A stretch of DNA of 64,000 nt from Chrysomallon squamiferum. Its lineage: Eukaryota; Animalia; Mollusca. The DNA lies in NCBI GenBank assembly GCA_012295275.1, contig CM022672.1, positions 17,174,001 to 17,238,000 on the forward strand, written 5' to 3'. Positions 53,234 through 64,000 of the stretch are shown one piece after another. Under the pieces are notes generated by a model. It was not told the origin of the DNA. It ran no database searches and worked only from the letters and a program-made list of their open reading frames with translations. The position numbers and the translations under genes were made by a program. How positions within the stretch are numbered: position 1 is the stretch's first letter; each line of letters starts with the position of its first letter.

Positions 53234-56079
53234 TTAATTAGAGTCATCCTAAACCAGTTAAAAGTGTTAATGAAGTGCAATGTGTAGGCAGAAGACAGGA
53301 TCCTAATATATAACAATAAGTGACAAAATTACCTTTGATAGTGTTTTGAAAGATTGAGCCAAAGTCATCCTCGTTACAGAAATTAATCTTTTAATGAAGT
53401 TCAGTTTGCAAAACACAGAATTTCATTTCAAGTAAGTATCTATAAGGAACAAAAAAAAAATGAAACGTAAGATCAGTCTAAACACAGTAGGAGGCAATGA
53501 TTTTTTACAGAACTCCATTTTAAAAATGGTATTGAAAGAAAACTTTGTATGAAATGGGAAAGTAAGAATTCCATTGTTTTATTGCAGTGTTACGGAATAA
53601 AATAGTGAAAAACAATATTTTCTCTCCTGTTTTATCATTACTGATGTAACTGCCTCAGCATTCAACTGGCATTCAAAAGACTTTGTAATTCTTTGAATTT
53701 GATAACTTTTCTGTAGTGGACCATTTTACAGTTGTTAACATTTGTGCAATGAATTTGTTTTTGATTGTTAGACCAGTGCACAATTTCCTTAGTTTCTCTT
53801 TTTTGGAACTTGTGATTAGGAAATTCTGGATTTGATATTATTGTTTGTGGTATTCCTTGTTTTAACACACAGGCTTGGCAGCAGATTGTCAGTTTGATGA
53901 AGAAAGACTGATTAACATTAGTGTTGAGCTGATGTTTATTTTTTTATAATTGTTGCATATGACTTTGATTTCTGAAACAGAATCTCAGTATGTGAATGAT
54001 ATTGGGTTGATTGAGTGCAAGACAGGTATCAAAATATATTTATTTATTACTGATGTTGTACACATTTGATCTGGTATTATTTTTTACAGCTCTTAACAGA
54101 CTTTTAAACAAAGAAATCTGTTATTTGTTTTGTTCATCTTAACAATTTTCAGATTTTTATTTATAAGGTTTCAAAACGACATTGTTATCATGTGTTTGTG
54201 TTGTAATATAAATTTCTCAGCTCATGACCTCAGTTTGTTTTATTACAAGTTGTTTATTAAAAAAAGAAAATAAATGTAATTTTGATAGTTATAATTATAT
54301 GAAATAAACTGCATAAAAGATAAGGAACAACCTGTAATAAGATATGTTTTACACACAACTTTTAAATCATGCAGCACTAAGATAATAAAACCATGCAGAA
54401 GGACCACATTTTCAGATTCTTTATTTTATTTATTTTTTTGTTTGGTTTTGAGTTCATAGTAAAAAAATATGTTATCACTAATTTCACAAGTTTTATAGTT
54501 CTTTTCCTTTTTCTTGTTAAGCTTCTGAAATAATTGTTAATGAAATATATTTGTATATCTATTTTATTATTTATTTAAGGTTCCTTGAGCACTGAGGTCA
54601 TCTACCAGTTATTATATATAATTTTTAAATTTAAACATACGCATTCAGTTTTGGGAAAGAGTCAGATTTTAACTATTATTTATTTGTTATTTACTGCTTA
54701 ATCATCTGTTATTTAAGAATTCTAATGCACATGATGCTATAGATTTATTAGTATTTAAAAATATTGTTAGAAGTATTGTTTTTGTTCCTATCACTCGTAC
54801 AAATAACATAATGCCATTGGTAATATTAAGACATCAGAATATGATTTATAGGTACCCCTGAAGAATATAAGAATACTCTTCCTTGAGATATATTTATAAT
54901 AAAAACCACAATATTTTGTTTCTCCTGCATTTATGATACTTATTTAGCAACAAATAAATTAAGTGTGCTTGTGTAAATTATTGCTATTGTTAAATCTAAT
55001 ATGTGTATATTTTTCCATGATGGTTTCGTGTTAAATTACAATCTGTCTCTTTCTACTTGAATTAGTGTGGAGAAGAAAGTAATTAAGATCAGGTTTCAAA
55101 ATTACGTTCAGATTTTCCTTCAGCATTGTTTTTATCATTGATAAAAATATTTGATCTTCTTATATTTCACTCACATTTTAATTTGAAAATTGATAACCAC
55201 ATAATGTAAATTATTTATGAACAAACTTCAGGTTTCACAAAATATATTTAAGTTGTGTTATGGAAACTGAATATTTGTTTTCAGTGTTTCCAGTTATATT
55301 AAAACAAGATCATTTCTGATATTTCACACAAAATGATTTGATTTTTAATTAATTTGTATTTGTTTCTCTGCATAATGAAAAAAAGAACACAAAGATTAAT
55401 GTTGAAATGAAATTATTTATATATTATATTAACTGAAATAAATATAGTATCCAAATATTTAAATGGAAATAAATCTTAGCAAAGAAGGCATTTTCAGGTG
55501 TTTGTTTATGTATATACTTCAGTGTTTTAACATTTTTAGAATGTGATCTCATCATTATAGATACATACATTGTTATGATACCATTTTGCATTGACAGTGA
55601 CAATTTATTGGTAAATGAAATTCAATTTGGTTGTGTTTTATTAGCATGAATATACTCGGATAATTGGAGTAACCACAAATTTAAAATTTTAATAAATGAG
55701 TATCATGATTTTACGACTTTTCTTTTTATTTAACACTTCTATTAATAAAGTTCGGTAAATATTTCAGTGAACAAAATATGTTTCATTATTTTGAAAGACT
55801 TTTGTTAATGTGTGTGAATCTGTGAAAATGTTAAAGGCATATTATTATTTATTCTAAAACACGGTTTATTTTATTCTTTGATTGATGAAGGATAAAAACA
55901 AAGCACACATCTATTTTATTAATATTATTATTCCCTTGAAGTTATTAATAATAAAATATGGCGCTTGTTAGTTGATTAGTTTACATTATGCGGGCATGTT
56001 TGATTTCTTGTAATGAGTTATTGGAAACAAAGTGTGTGTTTATGTGTCTGTTTGTATATGTATATGTAATGTGCTTGAC

Positions 56080-57961
56080 TCATTGTTGGTAATCGTGACC
56101 ATGTTCCGCGTTCTGTTCATTATATGAACTTAACACTATTTGTTTTTCTTCTCTTTCTTTTACAGTATTTTTGGCAGCTTGTTTTACAGTTGTCGCCGTT
56201 GGTTTTTTATCCTTGTTAGAGTCCTTCGATACTGAAAATTAGATAAAATTAAAAAAAATGAATTAGAAATTATTACATATTGTTAAAATGAAAGGATTGA
56301 ATATTTTTTTATTATTATTATTATTAACGAATACTAGATTTTAAATTTTATATCTATAATTTTAGAAATGACCTCAGTCTACATCAGACAGACTAAGCTT
56401 TCGTATTACAAAGAATTATTGTGGATCTATTAAACAGCATTGGCATGGAAATTGTTCAAAACACCCACTAATGAGACCCATTAAAGTACAAACCACAGTC
56501 AATTTCCAATACATACCTCAGTCACAATACATAAACTAAAATTCCAGCCAAAAATCTTAATATCTTAATAAAAATTTATTATTTTTATACAAGAAATAAT
56601 TCTGCAGCCTACAGAAAAACAAACGTAAACTTACCATTGGAGGGTTTTGAAATTGTCACTGACAAATCACCGCATCCCATTTTTACAACCAGCCAGTGAG
56701 ATTTTGGTTTTGCTCCCAAATCAGCTACGTGTTTCTCCCCGCTTTCAGTACCTTCAGCAGCCATCACACTGCCTGTTGGTAAGACACGGATTGTCACAAC
56801 ATACGGTTCAAAATGCAGAACTCTTGCAACCAAGAATTTAAAAACTGTGTTTTTGGTGTTCATCATCTGTACAGGATGTGTGTCAGTCATTCCGATGTCC
56901 ACGAAACCTGAACCATTAGCCGTTAGAGTTACTTTTTCGTTGACTTTCAAAGCTCTGTTTGTATAGCACTGTCCATGAATGTGAAACTGACATGCCTGCC
57001 AGGAAGCAGTCCTTTTATTATTACTAATAATAATCTGATTGTCAGAAACTCCAAATTCTAACGAACCTCTAGTTTTGATAGCCCATTTATTCTTGCCTAG
57101 TTAATAAAGGAAACAATGTTTATTTTAAAATTTTTAAACTTCATCGCAATCCGTAATATGTTACTGGTTAAGAAATTACATTATGTAGACCTAATATCAA
57201 TAAGGTAAAATATATTAATGTTTAATCTTGAAAACAGAACACATTTAAATAATAAAATCTATACTTTTGTAAACATACACATATATATATATATATATAT
57301 ATTTTTTAGACTTTGATATAACCCGTTATTATTTAATATCTTGATATGTCATTTATAAATATATTAAAAAAATTATACATGAATTTGGCCATTTTATTTT
57401 ATTTTTTTTTTATTTTTTAATTTTTTTTTTATTATTTATTTATTTATTATTATTATTATTATTATTTTTAAATGCATCTTAGCATTTAATTATTAGTTAT
57501 TAAGTCGATATATATTTTAATCGCCTCTACTTATATATATTGAAAAACATATATATTTAAATCATGCAACAATAAGAAATATCTTAATGTGGATAAGGAT
57601 CATAATCAGAACATTTTCTTTCTTTCTTCTTCTTCTTCCTCCTTTTTAATTTTATTTATTTATTTATTTATTTTGTTTGTTTTGTTTTGTTATCGAAACT
57701 TTGCGTATATATTCAATATTTTTCCATTGGCTGGGCATAACTTCATTTTAAGTAGGTACAATATACTACTATTACTACTACTACTACTACTAATAATAAT
57801 AATAATAATAACAGTAGTAATAATAATTGTTCTTTATTTTGTATTTGGAGTGATTTGTAATTATTTTAATATACGTCTGTCAAAAGTTAAACAATGCAGA
57901 TAATAAATATTCTTTCTAAAATGTTTATTGGGTAATACTTACTAGAAAAAGCTGAACCCAT
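56080..57961 (-). CDS. Small Neuralized-homology-repeat (NHR)-like protein with N-myristoylation motif, 210 aa, no RING
   Basis: Exons 57961-57943, 57096-56635 and 56231-56080, both donors GTAAGT, phases 1 and 1. Protein MGSAFSSKNKWAIKTRGSLEFGVSDNQIIISNNKRTASW...HGQCYTNRALKVNEKVTL...GFVDIGMTDTHP...HWLVV...GDLSVTI, then a polar K/E/T-rich tail. The gene model is well supported; the NHR assignment is by eye. Confidence 0.75.
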
Positions 57962-59030
57962 TGTAAACCTCTTTATAAATGCTTGTTAGACTTTGTCGTC
58001 ATATAACACCCTGTAATTATTTTCATAAAGCTGTCATTCAGCTGAAAATAAATACGCTGTCCTTCACATATTATTTTGTTAACAATGCCAGGTATTTGTC
58101 TTGTATATTAGATAATAATAGTTTACATAAATCTTAATAAACTTAAAAATCACACTACCTTCTTTCATTAATGTTCGATTGCAATGTTATACATCTTTTT
58201 AACATGGTCTATTTTCCAAGCTGTGTGTATGCATGTATATGTGTGTGTATATATATGCTTATGCTTGTGTTTGGGTATATACTTAGCCGTAACACAGCAA
58301 TTCACATACAGGAATAATTTTCAAAATGTTCTACTTTTTGAATAACTAATAGGCCTTTATTTTCTAACTTAATTTATTATTATTATTATTAGTAGTAGTA
58401 TTAATATTAGCATTATTACTTCAAAGAAGAGAAATAATTATAAAAAAATCACTATTGTTTCTGTAAAGCAAGTATTAAAATGAGGATATATCTATTACCT
58501 TCATATGATTCAAAGAAGTTTTCTTTTTTAACATTTCACCTATACCGCTGTTCTGATATAGATTACATTTCTGAAACTTTCCTGGCATTTAATAACTGTA
58601 TGACCACTGGAATATCTAGATTCAAACATTTCACACGTTAACAGCATAGAGTCAAAATATAAACGTTATTTCACATCTGTCATTCTTGGACTTGCTATAG
58701 CTTGTTTCTGTACAATCGTATAGTCAGTCAGTCAGCCTAAGACCAACAGGCTGTTTCCTAATATTATAGGTTTGTTATGATAACCAATATCACTCACAAT
58801 AGAAAACTAAGCTTCTGTTTGTCACTAACAGGCGGAGGTCTATACTATAATACTATATTCAATAAACTCATTCAATTCATAGCTATACCACATCGGTCTA
58901 ACGCTTTACTGAACAAATAACGCGTGCAGGTTAAATATAAACAAGTTAAATGGCTTTTATTCACTATTAAAAATAACTTTGTATACAATAAGAATACTAA
59001 GCCATACTTTCTTTTTATTATTACTATTCT

Positions 59031-59037
<7 letters not shown>

Positions 59038-59094
<57 letters not shown>

Positions 59095-59119
59095 TTTAAT
59101 TCTAGTATTTATAAGGTTA

Positions 59120-59157
<38 letters not shown>
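59038..59157. repeat. (TA)n and (AAT)n microsatellites
   Basis: Direct reading. Confidence 0.9.
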
Positions 59158-59347
59158 GCCTGTACGATATAACTGCATTTATTTACAAATATAATAAAAT
59201 AAAATAAAACTGGAGAAACTCAGAAAGCAAAGACAACAGCAACAACCGTTAGTTTTATTCTGATGTTTATCATATTAAAATAGCAAATATACACCTGCAC
59301 ACAAACAAATGCGCAATGTTCAATAATCTATTAATTTTTATTTCTAT

Positions 59348-59384
<37 letters not shown>

Positions 59385-59718
59385 AAATTACAATAATGAG
59401 ATACCAAATGATTTAAAAAATAATTCTATTAGTTAATAATTTAATAAGTCAAAGTCAATGAAATAAAATTTTATATTTCTTCTAATTATTTTTAGGATTT
59501 AATTTTACGAATAAACCCGTAAAATGCCGAATAAAATCTACAACGTGCCACAATACTGTTTGTTGGCTCTTACGTATGTACGCTGCGTTGATTTGATTAT
59601 ATTTTACTATAGTTTACTATGGACTTGGATCAGTCTATGGATTTTAGTGAGACCTCGATTGCATAGGCTATATTCACAATGTAGATCAAACAACTCATAT
59701 TATAAACACAATAACAAA

Positions 59719-61110
59719 ATGGCATCGGTCGTGGAGAGTGTTCGATTGGTACAGTCAAAATATGAAGGTTCTTCGAGAAGACAAATTTGTGCAACATTTT
59801 TTGCCTGTGTCGGTGCACTGTCATTTGGATATAGCATCGGTTACAGCTCACCAGCAATACCAAGCATGACCAAAGCGAGAATTTTAGCCGAGAAAGACGT
59901 TGGATGGTTTGCATCCTTGCTAACTATTGGTTTTCTGGCAGGAGGTCCATTTGGAGGGTGGTGCATAGAGAAATTCGGAAGGAAGAAATGTATCTTGCTT
60001 TCATCATTACCGTATCTGTTTGGATGGTTAGCTATTGCGTATGCCTCAGATTCCTCGTTTCTGTTTCAAGGCAGATTTGCAACAGGATTTGCTGGCGGAA
60101 TGGTGACAGTATGTATTCCAATGTATTTGGCTGAGATTTCTTCAAAATCATGGCGTGGCATCTTAGGATCATGTATGCAATTGTCTATCACTATTGGAAT
60201 ATTCTGGTCATATATAACAGGTTTAAAAATGGATTGGCGAGGTATGGCATACGTAGCTGTAATTCCTGCAGTTCTGCAGTTAATAACAGTAACATTTTTG
60301 CCAGAAACTCCACACTGGCTCTTATCGAAAGGTAAAAAAGCTGAAGCCCTGAAGGCATTGCAGTCTGTACGTGATCCACACATGGATGTACAAGAGGAGT
60401 GCAGAGATATCAATGATAGCATGGAGCACAAAGAAGATTTCTCATGGTATGAATTTCGGAAACCGGAACTGTTACAACCACTTATTATTTCTGTTGCCAT
60501 TATGGCATTCCAGCAACTTTCAGGCATCAATGCTGTCATGTTTTACACAGTATCCATCTTTCAAGCTGCAATTCCCAATGATGCCCATGTTGCAACTGTT
60601 GTTATAGGTGGAGTGCAAATTGCAGCAACATTTCTTGCCTGTTTGTTGATGGATAAAGTTGGCAGAAGAAAATTATTGATTGGGGCAGGGATTGTGATGA
60701 CAATAACACTTTTGATGTTTGGGCAGTACTACAGACTTTTGGACACTGGAATACTGAGTGGCTCTGTGAAAACCTGGTTTCCAGTGGTTTGTCTTACTCT
60801 CTACATAATTGGTTTTTCTCTGGGTTGGGGACCTATTCCAATGCTTATAATGTCAGAAATTTTTCCATCTCGGGCCAGAGGTGCTGCAGGTGCCATTGCA
60901 ATTTTCACAAATGGTTTTGTTTCTTTTATTGTCACAAAAGAATTTATGACATTGCAGCAGATGTTTGGGGCATCCGGCACCTTCAACATTTTTGGCTTTT
61001 TCTGCCTGATTGCTGTGCTGTTTGTCTGGTGGTACCTCCCTGAAACCAAAGGCAAATCACTGGAAGATATTGAACTGTACTTCTTAGGGCGTAATATTAT
61101 TAAGGTTTAA
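59719..61110 (+). CDS. Tret1: MFS sugar porter, Tret1/GLUT8 (SLC2A8)-like, 463 aa, intronless CDS
   Basis: About 12 hydrophobic segments. Motifs GYSSP, FGRK, YLAEIS..WRG, PETP, FQQLSGINAV, DKVGRR, GWGPIP, SEIFP and PETKGKSLEDIE. The likely start is aacaaaATGG at 59719; the track ORF extends in frame to 59524. Confidence 0.93.
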   Translation: MASVVESVRLVQSKYEGSSRRQICATFFACVGALSFGYSIGYSSPAIPSMTKARILAEKDVGWFASLLTIGFLAGGPFGGWCIEKFGRKKCILLSSLPYLFGWLAIAYASDSSFLFQGRFATGFAGGMVTVCIPMYLAEISSKSWRGILGSCMQLSITIGIFWSYITGLKMDWRGMAYVAVIPAVLQLITVTFLPETPHWLLSKGKKAEALKALQSVRDPHMDVQEECRDINDSMEHKEDFSWYEFRKPELLQPLIISVAIMAFQQLSGINAVMFYTVSIFQAAIPNDAHVATVVIGGVQIAATFLACLLMDKVGRRKLLIGAGIVMTITLLMFGQYYRLLDTGILSGSVKTWFPVVCLTLYIIGFSLGWGPIPMLIMSEIFPSRARGAAGAIAIFTNGFVSFIVTKEFMTLQQMFGASGTFNIFGFFCLIAVLFVWWYLPETKGKSLEDIELYFLGRNIIKV

Positions 61111-63481
61111 GATAGTTACATAAGAAAGATAGGTGTTATTTCCCTCCAAATTCATAAGTGTTCTTTTCATTAATTACTTTAAAATGATGCTGATCTGCAT
61201 TTACATATTGTGAATTACTCATGTTTTTGATAGATAATGAAATAAAAGAAACACAAACACACATGCACACATAAACATGCACATATTATGTTGCAAATAT
61301 ATATTGAGCTTTAAGCCTGAACAGAAATTTATAATTTGCTTTTAATTTTTGTGATAAACTGAAACTACTTTCAGTATTTTAGCATTAAAGAATGTACATT
61401 AGTGCTGTTTTAATGCCCATTACTGTAGTTTGAACTGATTTGGGTTACAAAGTATACAAATGTTATTTTGTTTGTTCATGTTCTCATTTATCATAGTATT
61501 ATTGTTTAGCATTATGTTAATATTTTGTTGTTGTTTATAGTTACTTAAAGATCTGTTTAATGTAATTTATTGGAGTTCAATTTTGGTTTTGTTTTAAACT
61601 TGGTGACAAAACATGGTTGCTAATTAGGGTTTTATGAATATGGTAAATTATCTGGTCCACATTGGTATTTTTTCTCAGCAAATGAGGAAGGAACAGTGTG
61701 TTGATATAAAATATCTATAGTTACTGGGTGAAAATTTTAAACAAATGGCACTTAGTAATTTCTGTTATCCTCTGAATGTGTCCAATCTTGAACAAAATCC
61801 AATTATTCCTGATTGTTTTTATTTTTTTATTTGTTGGTATCATAAAACATTTAGAATATATTGGTGCTTTGGGATTGCTTCTTTCTAAGAGGTAAGGCAT
61901 AATATTCCTTTAAGATATACCACAGATCAAATCATATGAAAATGTTTGGAGTTTAACCTAAAAATCAATTATCTGTTCTGAGAACATTTAACTTCATAAA
62001 ATTAAAAAATAATATGTATTTTTTAATATACATTTTGTTTTTAACAAACAAAACTCAGAATATATAGATACATACACACATGACTGGCATAAATGTCAAG
62101 TTTTTGAAGAAAAAACAAATATTTTTCTCTATGCATATCATAATTGTGACAATATAATTTTTCACCTCACATTAAACAGTAGTGCAACTTTGCAGCTGTG
62201 CCTTTTTGTCATAAACATTATGGGTCATTGTAAAACAACAGGAAGGCTTCCAATAAGCACCATCTGTTATAATTTACCACTGGTTTTTACTTCAGAGAGG
62301 TATATTATTTGTTTTTATTGATAAAGAAATGTGTGTTAGCTGTACATGAAAAAGCTAGATGATTACAGCTACATAGCTTTGATAGGAGTTGCAGCTGTTA
62401 TTTACAAATATGGAATAAGCATCCCTTACGAAACATTTTCAAATCTGAAATCTTTTTTCAATGCCCTTCAGAGATCAGTAGAATCTGGGAACTTTCTCAT
62501 GGCTGTATACATGCACAAACTTTCACCAAAAAAAGTTGTTAAAGAACATTTTATGCAATTTGATTATTTCTTTTACTTGATAAAAAACAAAACTGTTGAC
62601 ATTCAGTATTAATGTTATTAATTATAATGAATCAACACATCTGCAGAAAAATCTGAATTTTGCAACAGTTGTTTTTCCAGTGGGAATGTTCCTAATCATA
62701 GATATTATGTAAATATGGTAAAATGTATACTCGAGAGATGTATGTGTATATATAAACTTTATTTTTCTGGCAAATAAAATTTTAAAATGGTTATGGTATT
62801 TTTGTTGTAAATTTTCTTTATTTAATTTTCTTTTTTTAATTTAATAATTTTTGTTGTTGTTATTGTTTATTATTATTTTTTGAATGGCTTTTTTAGTATT
62901 TTTATTGTTCACTTTAACAATAACACCATCTGTGACAATACCATAAACCTACACAAGTGTAATGGCCAGAAACAAGATTTATTGTAATAAAACATTTTTA
63001 TTTCTGACCTGGTAAGAATAAAATGACTTTGCCATGGTTTAATAATAATTTATTGTGATCTGTTGATAAAGTCTTGATATAAAATATTTTCTGGAGGAAA
63101 AAGCAATTAAGCATTAATTCAAAAACCAAATCCAGTATATCATTATCTAATTATACACATTCATAACTTCACATGATTCAAGCTGCTGTACTCGGTAAAA
63201 TATTTTCTTCAGTATACAAGACTGCATGTATGTTACTTTTCTTTTTAGTTTTCAGTCTACAGCATATATAGACTTGCTGTAATAAGATACAGTATTTCAT
63301 ATTATTTCTTGATAATAAATAAAAATACTATATCATAACAGAAAAAAACAATAGACACTGGTACACAATTAACATACTGACTTAAAAAATATACAGTATA
63401 ATTACAATAGGAAAAATAAATACGAAGAATGTAAAGAGCACAACCAGTAACTGTTTTTAAAAATGGTGCTTTTATAATCTT

Positions 63482-63626
63482 TTATGTTTGATCCACATCT
63501 ATTGTAAGGTCTACTTTGGTCATGTTGGTGGGTACACCCATTCCTCCACCACGTAAACCAGCAAGGAAAACTTGTGGTTTTGGCACATTGCTGTATGAGT
63601 CTTGTTTGGTCTGAGTTTCATTATTT
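63482..63626 (-). CDS. Probable terminal coding exon of a minus-strand gene starting beyond the window
   Basis: Acceptor ctttgcag at 63634-63627. GC-richer open frame NNETQTKQDSYSNVPKPQVFLAGLRGGGMGVPTNMTKVDLTIDVDQT*. An alternative shorter frame is also open. Product not recognised. Confidence 0.5.
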
Positions 63627-64000
63627 CTGCAAAGTTAAATAAATTAATAAAAGTTATGGTGTGAGTACACTATACCTAAAACAGTCAAAGTTTCCTAAAA
63701 TATTATTTATTAACAGTTTCTTAATAAAGATATGAAGTGCATTTTAACAAATATAAAATTATGTAATGAAAATATATGAAAATATTTAAAAATAACTACA
63801 CCAGTGTGGCCATCTTTGAAAATGGCTGCCAAGATGAAATTTCCTTTTCCTTTTTAAGTGATCCACAAAGAGTTTATGAATTTAAATGGTTACATTTGTT
63901 ACCTGCTTAACTATAATAAATATTTCTATAAAGTTTCTACTTAAAATCAAGTCTTTCAAAAAGACACTGACCACCTGGAGGACACCTTGCCCAATTACTC

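Noticed and set aside
62346-62612. 88-aa plus-strand ORF downstream of Tret1
   Set aside because: No homology recognised; it sits in probable UTR sequence between convergent genes.

Overview
AT-rich, microsatellite-rich animal genomic DNA. It is probably a mollusc or other lophotrochozoan (inferred from the gene set and degenerate SINE/MITE fragments). Five genes can be built by hand from splice sites. (1) A two-exon orphan gene for a secreted, very basic Ala/Arg/Ser-rich protein (CDS 9601-10185). (2) A 4-exon NR1J/HR96-type nuclear receptor (22811-29521, 446 aa), followed by an apparently very long 3'UTR carrying several conserved-miRNA seed matches. (3) A 20-coding-exon GPAT1/GPAM-type glycerol-3-phosphate acyltransferase (42962-53233) with one GC-AG intron and a frame break in coding exon 16. 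(4) A 3-exon minus-strand gene for a small, probably myristoylated, single Neuralized-repeat protein without a RING domain (57961-56080). (5) An intronless Tret1/GLUT8-type sugar porter (59719-61110). Probable terminal exons of two flanking genes lie at the window edges. Most other ORFs in the track are microsatellite or antisense artefacts. No rRNA, tRNA or CRISPR features were seen.
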